From Abditibacteriaceae bacterium (GTDB lineage: Bacteria; Armatimonadota; Abditibacteriia; Abditibacteriales; Abditibacteriaceae), in assembly GCA_965277285.1 (NCBI GenBank), contig OZ255721.1, positions 1,920,001-1,984,000 on the forward strand: a stretch of 64,000 nt of DNA, in the 5' to 3' direction. Under the pieces are notes generated by a model. It did not search any database, was not told where the DNA came from, and saw only the letters and a list, made by a program, of their open reading frames with translations. Both the position numbers and the translations under genes were made by a program. Below, one piece after another: positions 30,790 through 38,843 of this stretch (the stretch's first letter is position 1; each line of letters starts with the position of its first letter).

Positions 30790-33711
30790 ATGATTAACGA
30801 TTTCGCGCATCCGCGCCCCGAATATCCCCGACCCGACCGGCAACGCGGCCTGATCGAAGGGCAAGATTGGCTCAACCTGAACGGCGCCTGGCAGTTTCGC
30901 TTCGATGGCGAGCGCATCGGCATCGAAGAACAATGGTTTTCGCCCGATAAAGACGATTGGCGGCAGCAGATCATCGTGCCGTTTTGCTGGGAATCTCTGG
31001 CCGCATGGGGCGAAGGCGACGCGGCGGGCAACGACAATTATTATTCGACGCGCGTTTTTCGCAATCCTTTGGAAGTCAACAACCTCAATCACCGCACGGC
31101 GCCGCGCTACGAAGTCGGCTGGTATCGCCGCGAAGTCGTCATTCCCAACACGCCGCAATGGGAAGAAAAACGTGTCATTTTGACGATTGGCGCGGCGGAT
31201 TTCTTCACCGAATGCTGGTGCAATGGAACCTACCTGGGCCGTCACGAAGGCGGTTACACGCCGTTTGAATTTGACCTGACCGACGAACTGGCGATTGATC
31301 ACGACGGTGTGCGCAGCGCGATAGTTGTGTTGCGCGTGGAAGACCCGATGGACAACCGCGAGCAGCCCGTCGGCAAGCAATGGAACTGGTACACCACGAC
31401 GAGCGGCATCTGGCAAACCGTCTTTGTCGAGCCGCGCCACGAAACGCATATTTCGAGTTTCCGCGTTCTAACACACATCGAAACCAAACGCGCTGGCTGG
31501 CTCATTCAATGCGACAAAGCGCCTGACGGTTGTGTTGTGGAACTGGAGATCATTCGTCCCGATGGCGAAGTTTTCGTCAAAACGATTGTGGTGCAAGGCG
31601 GCGTCGCCGAAGGCTTTATCGAAACCGATCCGCTGTTTTTGTGGGAGCCGAACACGCCGCATCTTTATGGCGGGGTGCTGCGGCTGAAATCGAGTACTCG
31701 ATTGGGCAAAACCCCGCAAACCTTCGACACCGTGCGCACTTATTTCGGGATGCGCAGCATCGACGCCGCGCCTGCCAACAGCGACGACCCGACGGCGCCG
31801 CTGGCGTTACGCATTAACGACAAGCCGCGTTATCTGCGCGGCGCGCTTTATCAAAGCTATTATCCCGAAGGCGTTTACACCGCGAGCGACGCGCGAACCT
31901 TGCGCCAAGACATCGAATATGCCAAGAATGCGGGCTTCAATTTTCTGCGCATTCACATCAAAATCGACGATCCGCTCGTTCTTTATTACGCCGATACGAT
32001 GGGCATGATGCTGATGTGCGATTTCCCCAACTTTGGTGAAGGCGGCGACACGCCTTTGGGCAGAGAGCGTTTCGAGACGATGATGAAGAAAGCGATTGAA
32101 CGCGACTGGAATCATCCTTCGATTGTCGCGTGGTGCTTGTTCAACGAAACGTGGGGTTTTGGTGGTCAAGTCGAATTGGTCAAACTTTTCCCTGGTGCCA
32201 AACCCGAAGATGAATCGAGTACTCGAAACGAAGAATCGCCAGCGGCGCCCGACAGTAGCGCACCTAACAGCGATGCGCCCAAAGTCGTGCTGGTGGAAAC
32301 CGAGCACAGCGAGCCGACCAAATTGGACAACAAAAGCTCGCACGAATGGGTGCAAAGCGTGTGGGAACTGGCGAAAACCCTCGATTCGACGCGCCTGATC
32401 GAAGACATGAGCGTCGTTTATTGGGATCATTTGGATTATTACGGGCACGGCGACACCGACATCAACTCGTGGCATTTTTATATCGACGATTACGAGCGCG
32501 CCCGCGAGCACATCGAAAAAATCGCGTCCGATACATTCAAAGGCTCGACTTTCAATCAGGTCGAAGGTTTTGCGCAAGGTCGCCAGCCTCTCATCAATTC
32601 GGAATATGGCGGCGTCGGCGCCCTTGATGGCAACCGCGACATCAGTTGGAGTTTTCGTTTTCTGACCAACGAATTGCGGCGTCAGGGCAAAATCTGCGCG
32701 TATATTTTCACCGAACTGCACGATGTCGAATGGGAATACAACGGTTTTCTGCGTTATGACAGAACCCAAAAAGAGTTTGGCTACGACCCGACCGAAGTGA
32801 ACGCCGCCAACGTTTTGCCGATTGATGCGGCGCCGATTTCGCGCCACAATTGCGGAGATCGAGTACTCGTTCCGGTTGCGTCGTCGCATTATGCGCGGCG
32901 GCGGCGCCACGATGTTTCCTTGCGCTGGCGCTTGAGTGGCATGGACGCGCTTGGCCACATTCACGCCGATCTGCAAAGCGGCACCACGCCGATTGCCTTT
33001 CCTCACTGGCAAGTCGCGCCCGCCGCCACGCTCGATTTGCAGTTGCCAGAAACGCCGATGCTGTGCGGTTTATTGGTTGAGGCGATTTCGCCGTTCGGGG
33101 AAACCATCGCCACCAATCGCGTCAGTTTTCTCGTCGCCGATGATTATCCACCGGCGCGCGAGAATTTGGAAGGCACGACGATTTTGCGCGGCGCGACAGC
33201 GGATTGGGCGGTTTCCAACTGGCCGGACGGGCAAGTGGATCGTGACGTGGCGCGCGCCGAAAACCTGTGCTGGGCGCGCGGCAAAGGTTTTTTCGAGTGG
33301 AGCTTGCCGCTTGAAGGCGCCAATTTGCACTACGCCAAGCGCATTCGAGTACTCGTTGAAGCCTCTTCGCACCGCGACGATCAAGCGCAAACCGACTGCG
33401 TGCGCAAGCCGTCCACGTTGCGCGTTTTGCTGAACGATTTGCGCGTGCATCAGGCGAATCTGGCGAACCATCCTTTCGATGCGCGCGGCGTTTTGAGTTA
33501 TCTGCGCGGCGGAAAAGGCGCTTACGGTTACCTGGCGAACGCGACGATTGAAGGCAATTTGCTGCACCACATCGCCGACAATGTGCGCGACGACCATCTG
33601 CGACTGCGCTTGGAAGTCCCGCCCGACGCTGCTTTTCCCGGCGGATTGACGATTTACGGCGCCGAATGCGGACGTTACCCTTTGCCGCCAACCGTTGTGG
33701 TGGAATGGTAA
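30790..33711 (+). CDS. GH2 family glycosidase (no obvious signal peptide)
   Basis: YPRPD, LNGAWQF, GGYTPF, RIHIK, NHPSIVAWCLFNETWG, NSEYGG. Confidence 0.88.
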   Translation: MINDFAHPRPEYPRPDRQRGLIEGQDWLNLNGAWQFRFDGERIGIEEQWFSPDKDDWRQQIIVPFCWESLAAWGEGDAAGNDNYYSTRVFRNPLEVNNLNHRTAPRYEVGWYRREVVIPNTPQWEEKRVILTIGAADFFTECWCNGTYLGRHEGGYTPFEFDLTDELAIDHDGVRSAIVVLRVEDPMDNREQPVGKQWNWYTTTSGIWQTVFVEPRHETHISSFRVLTHIETKRAGWLIQCDKAPDGCVVELEIIRPDGEVFVKTIVVQGGVAEGFIETDPLFLWEPNTPHLYGGVLRLKSSTRLGKTPQTFDTVRTYFGMRSIDAAPANSDDPTAPLALRINDKPRYLRGALYQSYYPEGVYTASDARTLRQDIEYAKNAGFNFLRIHIKIDDPLVLYYADTMGMMLMCDFPNFGEGGDTPLGRERFETMMKKAIERDWNHPSIVAWCLFNETWGFGGQVELVKLFPGAKPEDESSTRNEESPAAPDSSAPNSDAPKVVLVETEHSEPTKLDNKSSHEWVQSVWELAKTLDSTRLIEDMSVVYWDHLDYYGHGDTDINSWHFYIDDYERAREHIEKIASDTFKGSTFNQVEGFAQGRQPLINSEYGGVGALDGNRDISWSFRFLTNELRRQGKICAYIFTELHDVEWEYNGFLRYDRTQKEFGYDPTEVNAANVLPIDAAPISRHNCGDRVLVPVASSHYARRRRHDVSLRWRLSGMDALGHIHADLQSGTTPIAFPHWQVAPAATLDLQLPETPMLCGLLVEAISPFGETIATNRVSFLVADDYPPARENLEGTTILRGATADWAVSNWPDGQVDRDVARAENLCWARGKGFFEWSLPLEGANLHYAKRIRVLVEASSHRDDQAQTDCVRKPSTLRVLLNDLRVHQANLANHPFDARGVLSYLRGGKGAYGYLANATIEGNLLHHIADNVRDDHLRLRLEVPPDAAFPGGLTIYGAECGRYPLPPTVVVEW

Positions 33712-34072
33712 GTTTTGGTCTTCGGTCTTTGATATTGGAGTTTCGAGTACTCGATGTTTGAACGAAACGCCGGATGTAGTAAATGCAGGACTTTTACGTA
33801 CTCCAACTGAAGTGCCGAAGCCGCGACACTTGGCTTATATCGTCCAGCAAATTGCCAATCTTTTTCGGCTTATTGAATGCCTTTGCGGTATTACTCTGCA
33901 TTTTTGACATTGCACCGCAAATAGTTCTGCGGACAACACGCAAAGCGACCGCAATTCGAGTACTCGATACTCCAAGTTTCATCTACTATTGTTGCAATTT
34001 TAGAGAATGCAGCAATTACGCGGTAGAATAAATAGTTGTGCCGCTGCGAGTACTCGATGGTAATCCAAAGCA

Positions 34073-34104
34073 CAAAAGCACACCCAAATCCGGGTGTGCT
34101 TTTG
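34073..34104 (-). terminator. Probable intrinsic terminator after DJ-1/PfpI gene
   Basis: CAAAAGCACACCC...GGGTGTGCTTTTG hairpin about 30 nt past the stop. Confidence 0.65.
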
Positions 34105-34135
34105 ATGGGGCAGCAATAGAGCGATGCAGTTCCGA

Positions 34136-34825
34136 TTAGGCTGCGGCCTTATCGAGTTGCTCGAGCAGGACTTTCGCCGCCGGGCCTGACGACTTGGGGT
34201 TCTGTCCCGTAATCAGGCGACCGTCGCTGACGACGTAAGGCGCCATGTCGGCGCCTTTGGAATAAAGGCCACCCTTGGACTTAAGTTCGTCTTCGAGCAG
34301 GAAGGGCACGACCTTGGTCAAGCCCATGCTCGCTTCCTCGGTGTTGGTGAACCCTGTGACCTTCTTGCCCTCGACCAGCGGCTTGCCGTCCGGCGTCATC
34401 ACATGGCGCAGCGCACCCGGCGCGTGACAAACGAGCGCGACCGGCTTGCCAGCCGCCAGAAAGGATTCGATCAGCTTGACAGAATTCGCGTCTTCGGCCA
34501 AATCCCACATCGGGCCATGACCGCCCGGATAAAAGACCGTGTCGAAGTCCGCCTGCGAAACGCTGTCCAGGCGCAGCGTCGAAGCCAGTTGCGCCTTCGC
34601 GGTTGGATCGGCCTCGAAGCGGCGGGTCTGATCGGTTTGGAAATCCGGTTCGCTGCTCTTGGGATCGAGCGGCGGCTGGCCTCCTTTGGGCGAGGCCAGC
34701 GTGATCTGCGCACCGGCGTCCTTGAACGCGTAATAAGGCGCGGCGAATTCTTCGAGCCAGAAGCCCGTCTTTTTCCCGGTGTTGCCGAGTTCGTCATGCG
34801 ACGTGAGTACCATTAAAATCTTCAT
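34136..34825 (-). CDS. DJ-1/PfpI (class I glutamine amidotransferase-like) protein
   Basis: TGFWLEEFAAPY, PGGHGPMWDL, VCHAP, TGQNP. Confidence 0.93.
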   Translation of the reverse strand: MKILMVLTSHDELGNTGKKTGFWLEEFAAPYYAFKDAGAQITLASPKGGQPPLDPKSSEPDFQTDQTRRFEADPTAKAQLASTLRLDSVSQADFDTVFYPGGHGPMWDLAEDANSVKLIESFLAAGKPVALVCHAPGALRHVMTPDGKPLVEGKKVTGFTNTEEASMGLTKVVPFLLEDELKSKGGLYSKGADMAPYVVSDGRLITGQNPKSSGPAAKVLLEQLDKAAA

Positions 34826-34855
34826 CTTGTTTCTCCTGAGTTAAGTTTTTTGCTT

Positions 34856-35704
34856 CTACTGCGCAGCAGGCGTTTCAGGCTTCATGTCCATCGAGTTCTG
34901 GATTTCTTTCGGACGAGTGCCCAGACCGTCCTTCATTTTCTTGCTCCACACGGCCTCAATGTTGTGCTTGGTTTCGTCCAGCATCGACTTCGGCTCCAGA
35001 TTGCGGAACGTCTCGACTTCGCCTGCGGCCACTGCCGTGAGCGTCGCATAAACCGGTTCGGGGTCGAACTGCGAGCGCGGAAACGAGAGCTTCGAGTACT
35101 CGTAGAGCCGCTCTGACGGCTCGTCGTCCCAACTCTGCCAAGTTTGGAAGCCGCGATCATTGAAGCCGGTCAGGAAGGGGCCGGGATTGACCGTCGCCAC
35201 CTCGACGCCGAACTCTTGCAACTCCAAACTCATGGTCTGAGCAATCGCTTCAATCGCGTGCTTGGAGGCCGAGTAAATGCCAGTGAACGGGTTGACGTTG
35301 AGGCCTTCGCGCGAAGACACCCAGACGATGCGCCCCTGGCCGCGCTTTGCCATCTGCTTGGCGATGCCTTGCGTCAGCAACAACGGCCCGACGACATTCA
35401 CCTCGAATTCGTGGCGTATGTTCGCGCCGGGAATGTCGACGACCGACCCGCCTTCGAGCATTCCGGCGTTGTTCACCAAAATCTCGACGTTCCAGCCCAG
35501 TGCTTTTTTGCGGTCGCCCGCGTCGGTGACATCGAGCTTCTCGACCCGCAAAGCGACGCCGCGCGACGCCGCTTCCCGCTTCATGGGTTGCACCTGGGCG
35601 TAAATCTCGACGCCAGCGATGACCTCAAATCCCTTTGCGGCGAGTCGAAACGCCGCTTCCTGGCCGAATCCTGTTCCGGCGCCGGTGATGAGTACAGTTT
35701 TCAT
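34856..35704 (-). CDS. Short-chain dehydrogenase/reductase
   Basis: TGAGTGFG, NNAG, YSASK; start at ATG 35704. Confidence 0.92.
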   Translation of the reverse strand: MKTVLITGAGTGFGQEAAFRLAAKGFEVIAGVEIYAQVQPMKREAASRGVALRVEKLDVTDAGDRKKALGWNVEILVNNAGMLEGGSVVDIPGANIRHEFEVNVVGPLLLTQGIAKQMAKRGQGRIVWVSSREGLNVNPFTGIYSASKHAIEAIAQTMSLELQEFGVEVATVNPGPFLTGFNDRGFQTWQSWDDEPSERLYEYSKLSFPRSQFDPEPVYATLTAVAAGEVETFRNLEPKSMLDETKHNIEAVWSKKMKDGLGTRPKEIQNSMDMKPETPAAQ

Positions 35705-35806
35705 GGTGTTTTCCACTTGCACATCGTGCCTTGCCTTAACACGCGATGACTCGCGCTTTCGTCTCCTGGTTTCAGTGTGCATTGTTGGTTTCAACTTGGG
35801 AAGAAT

Positions 35807-35820
35807 GCACTTTAAAGTGC
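35807..35820. promoter_or_regulatory. Probable operator of the divergent HxlR regulator
   Basis: Perfect palindrome GCACTTTAAAGTGC between divergent SDR and HxlR genes. Confidence 0.55.
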
Positions 35821-35859
35821 TATACTACCTTTTTAGATACCCCGAAAGGAGCAAGCACC

Positions 35860-36228
35860 ATGAGAACAACAGTCACGCGATGCGCCGCCGAGAGGACTTT
35901 GCAACTGGTGGCGGGGCGCTGGAAGATCATCATTTTGCACCGGCTTCTCGACGAAACGCTGCGCTTCGCCGAGTTGCAGCGCGTCATCAACGCGCTCACG
36001 AGCAGCGGCATCACGGCCAAGATGCTCACGCAGGAACTGCGTCAAATGGAAGCCGACGGCCTGGTTTTGCGCCAGGTCTACGCGCAGGTGCCGCCCAAAG
36101 TCGAGTACTCGCTGACGCCGCTTGGCGCCAGCCTGCGCCCGGTCGTCAAAGCGATGGAAGCATGGGGACACGCGCATGAGCACGAAGTCGCTGAACAGCA
36201 GCGATGCGCGTCGGTCGAGACTTCCTGA
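35860..36228 (+). CDS. HxlR-family winged-helix regulator
   Basis: GRWKIIIL, RFAEL, KMLTQELRQME, VPPKVEYSLT; RBS AAGGAG. Confidence 0.93.
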   Translation: MRTTVTRCAAERTLQLVAGRWKIIILHRLLDETLRFAELQRVINALTSSGITAKMLTQELRQMEADGLVLRQVYAQVPPKVEYSLTPLGASLRPVVKAMEAWGHAHEHEVAEQQRCASVETS

Positions 36229-36263
36229 CTGTCACGTCGAGAAACGACGCGACAATACGGTCT

Positions 36264-36349
36264 CAGCAAAAGCAGCGCGGCACCTACCGCCGAAAGCGGA
36301 GCGAGGAACGAGCGAAGCTGTAGGCGGCGGGTGAGCTTAGTCGTTGTGC
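36264..36349 (+). mobile_element. attC-like site 1 (left end degenerate)
   Basis: Ends GGCGGGTGAGCTTAGTCGTTGTGC, matching right ends of sites 2-4. Confidence 0.55.
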
Positions 36350-36389
36350 TGCGGCGCGCGGCTTGGTCAGGCGCGTTACACTTGAAAAT

Positions 36390-37023
36390 ATGAATTCACA
36401 AAACGAACCTCAATGGCTTGAGTGGGCAAAACGAATTCAGGCTATTTCGCAAACCGGCCTCGCCTACGGAAAAGACCCTTATGATCTTGAACGCTATGAA
36501 GCCATGCGCTAGATTGCCGCTGAAATCATGGCTGCTGGTTCAGATGCTCCGCTCGAAAAAATTGTCGGTTTGTTTTCAGAGCAATCCGGTTACGCAACGC
36601 CCAAAGTGGATACGCGCGGCGTTGTATTTCGAGATGGGGCTTTGCTGATGGTCAAGGAATTAGAAGATGGCCGCTGGACTCTTCCGGGTGGTTGGGCTGA
36701 TATTTTGGAATCGCTACGCGAAGCGGTCGAGCGTGAAGTTTTTGAGGAATCGGGTTTTCGAACACGCGCAGTCAAATTGCTGGCTGTTTTCGACCGCAGC
36801 AAACATCCTCACGAGCCGCCGTATCCGTATCATATTTATAAATTGTTTATGCAAATGCGACATTGTTGGCGGGGCAGCTTCGTTAAGTCAAGAAACAGGG
36901 GGTGCAGAATTCTTTCACGAAAATGCGCTTCCTCCATTATCGCTTTCGCGCGTTACGCCAAACCAAATCAAACGGTTGTTTGAACATCATCGTCAGCCAG
37001 ACTTACCGACTGACTTCGATTAA
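36390..37023 (+). pseudogene. NUDIX hydrolase (YjhB-like) gene cassette, disrupted
   Basis: [24 protein letters not shown]..., in-frame TAG 36510-36512, Nudix box GGWAD...REVFEESG, frameshift near 36850, C-terminus ...PTDFD in another frame. Confidence 0.85.
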
Positions 37024-37038
37024 AATTCCCCAACATCC

Positions 37039-37134
37039 GCCTAACAAGGCGCTGCACTCGACCACCTACAGCCTACGCTCGTTCCGCGCTGCAGTCTCTA
37101 CGCTTTCGGCGGCGGGTGAGCTTGGTCGTTGTAT
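37039..37134 (+). mobile_element. attC-like site 2
   Basis: GCCTAACAAGGCGCTGCACTCGAC...GCGGGTGAGCTTGGTCGTTGTAT; RYYYAAC/GTT cores, just after stop. Confidence 0.75.
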
Positions 37135-37214
37135 TGTTTGCGCGCGGCGTTGCGAAAAGTTCAAACGCTGTACATACAATTGCATCGAAGATCGAAGGTA
37201 GAATAAGGACTATC

Positions 37215-37496
37215 ATGGAACCAATTTTAATTATCGGTACTATCGGTCTTATTGTAGGTGCCATAATTCTCTCGGTCACCTCGATACCATCTTTGCTGTC
37301 TTCAAGACGGATAATGCGGAGTGCCGAGGAAAGTATACAGAGAAGCAAGATGGTCACCGAATACAACTTAGAAATGTCAAAGCGTAATTTAGAGTTGGCG
37401 GAGCAAACGCTGGAAGTCAGAAAGGAACTTTTACAAACACAAAAAGAGGCTAATTCTCTTCTACGCGAACTCATCTCAAAGATTGAACAGAAATAG
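37215..37496 (+). CDS. Small membrane-anchored coiled-coil hypothetical protein (cassette)
   Basis: RBS AAGGA, N-terminal TM helix, heptad-like tail, AT-richer codons. Confidence 0.65.
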   Translation: MEPILIIGTIGLIVGAIILSVTSIPSLLSSRRIMRSAEESIQRSKMVTEYNLEMSKRNLELAEQTLEVRKELLQTQKEANSLLRELISKIEQK

Positions 37497-37513
37497 CTAC
37501 AAATCATGGAACT

Positions 37514-37609
37514 AACTCAAGTTGCTACCTAATCAGTGCCTGCGAGTGAACTCGCGGCTCGGGTGCCCTTTGAGCAGGTGCTCCCGCCGGGTATGGTAGC
37601 AACTTGGTT
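37514..37609. mobile_element. MITE-like element, family C (short copy)
   Basis: CAAGTTGCTAC...GTAGCAACTTG inverted ends; core shared with 19605 copy. Confidence 0.6.
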
Positions 37610-37621
37610 AACTAACAAACA

Positions 37622-37679
37622 GCACAACAAGGCGCTACACCGCACGGGTTGCAGTCACAGGTGAGCTTAATCGTTATGT
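37622..37679 (+). mobile_element. attC-like site 3 (58 bp)
   Basis: GCACAACAAGGCGCTACAC...GGTGAGCTTAATCGTTATGT. Confidence 0.7.
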
Positions 37680-37740
37680 CGCAGCCCGCGGCTTTTACCA
37701 TGCGCTATTTTTACCATGCGCTATAATTTCAAGTGGCTCT

Positions 37741-38253
37741 ATGCTCTATATTTTCGGAGGATTGCCTGGGACAGGAAAATCAACACTCGCAGCCGCTCTT
37801 GCCCGCCGCAGTAATGCTGTCTATCTTCGGATCGACATTATCGAACAGGCTGTGAGGGATTCGGGCTTGAGTGGGGGTGGGCCGGTTGGTTACATTGTGG
37901 GTTACAAGCTGGCATCAGAGAATCTTCGTTTGGGTGCGGACGTTGTTGTGGATTCTGTCAATCCCATTAGCATCACGCGCACGGCTTGGCAGAATGTCGC
38001 GGCGCAAGCAAAAGTCCCTTATATCGAAATTGAGATAGCCTGCTCCAATTTACAGGAACATCGTAACCGCGTCGAATCACGCCAATCGGATATTTCCGGT
38101 CACAGATTACCTACTTGGAACGAGGTTGCAGAACTGCAATACGAGCAATGGAATACCGACCATATAGTACTCGATACCGCTGGACATTCAACCAATGAAA
38201 GCATTTCACATCTCTTCAATGCGGTGGACAAATTGTGCATAAATCGTAATTAA
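37741..38253 (+). CDS. Small P-loop kinase / AAA_33-like ATPase (cassette)
   Basis: GLPGTGKST Walker A, RIDIIEQ, VVVDSVN, HRNRVESR. Confidence 0.85.
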   Translation: MLYIFGGLPGTGKSTLAAALARRSNAVYLRIDIIEQAVRDSGLSGGGPVGYIVGYKLASENLRLGADVVVDSVNPISITRTAWQNVAAQAKVPYIEIEIACSNLQEHRNRVESRQSDISGHRLPTWNEVAELQYEQWNTDHIVLDTAGHSTNESISHLFNAVDKLCINRN

Positions 38254-38310
38254 AACCAAATAACAGCAAGATGACGAGGCGCGTGCGTGGTTGCGTGTCA
38301 TAATGTTTTC

Positions 38311-38616
38311 ATGCCTCAAGAACCAGAAGCAAAGACGACTCAAAAACGGCCACATTGGTCGTCCATCAGGTTTAATGGCTGCTTTAATGGCTGCGGCACA
38401 GGTTGTTGCTTGGGCGCAGTGAGCGCACCGTTTTTATTCTTCTTGTCCTTGGAAGTTTTATATCGTGTTGCAGGCGACTTCGATGCTGAAGGTGTTCCGT
38501 TTTTCTTGATTATGTCCGTGCTGGTTGGCGGCATTGTTGGCTCAATCGCTTATCCCATTCTCCGAACTGCCGGCCTGCTCCTCATCGCCAAAATCAAGAA
38601 CAGGTTAAAGCGTTAA
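38311..38616 (+). CDS. Small hypothetical membrane protein
   Basis: Two hydrophobic segments, GC-motif-rich N-terminus, followed by attC-like site 4. Confidence 0.6.
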   Translation: MPQEPEAKTTQKRPHWSSIRFNGCFNGCGTGCCLGAVSAPFLFFLSLEVLYRVAGDFDAEGVPFFLIMSVLVGGIVGSIAYPILRTAGLLLIAKIKNRLKR

Positions 38617-38648
38617 TAAATGCACCATATCAAAGCTGATTAACAGCA

Positions 38649-38740
38649 GGACGGCAAGGCGCTGAGTCCGACCACCTGCAGCCCTGCGCTTTGGTCGTTC
38701 CTCTTGTCGCTCCAGCGTCGGGTGAACTTGGTCGTTGTGT
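38649..38740 (+). mobile_element. attC-like site 4 (degenerate left core)
   Basis: CAAGGCGCTGAGTCCGACCACCTGCAGCC...CGGGTGAACTTGGTCGTTGTGT, aligns with site 2. Confidence 0.65.
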
Positions 38741-38843
38741 GAATATTGGCGTCTTATTGATGCTCTGAAAAAAGGAAAAAATGCGGCCACGTCTCATTTT
38801 TTCCTTTTTCTCTACGGTTCATTCATTGATATAATTCAATGCT

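Noticed and set aside
14203..36512. Genome-wide TAG recoding suggested by two in-frame amber codons
   Set aside because: TAG terminates intact genes here (cas7, GGDEF protein) and the NUDIX gene also has a frameshift.
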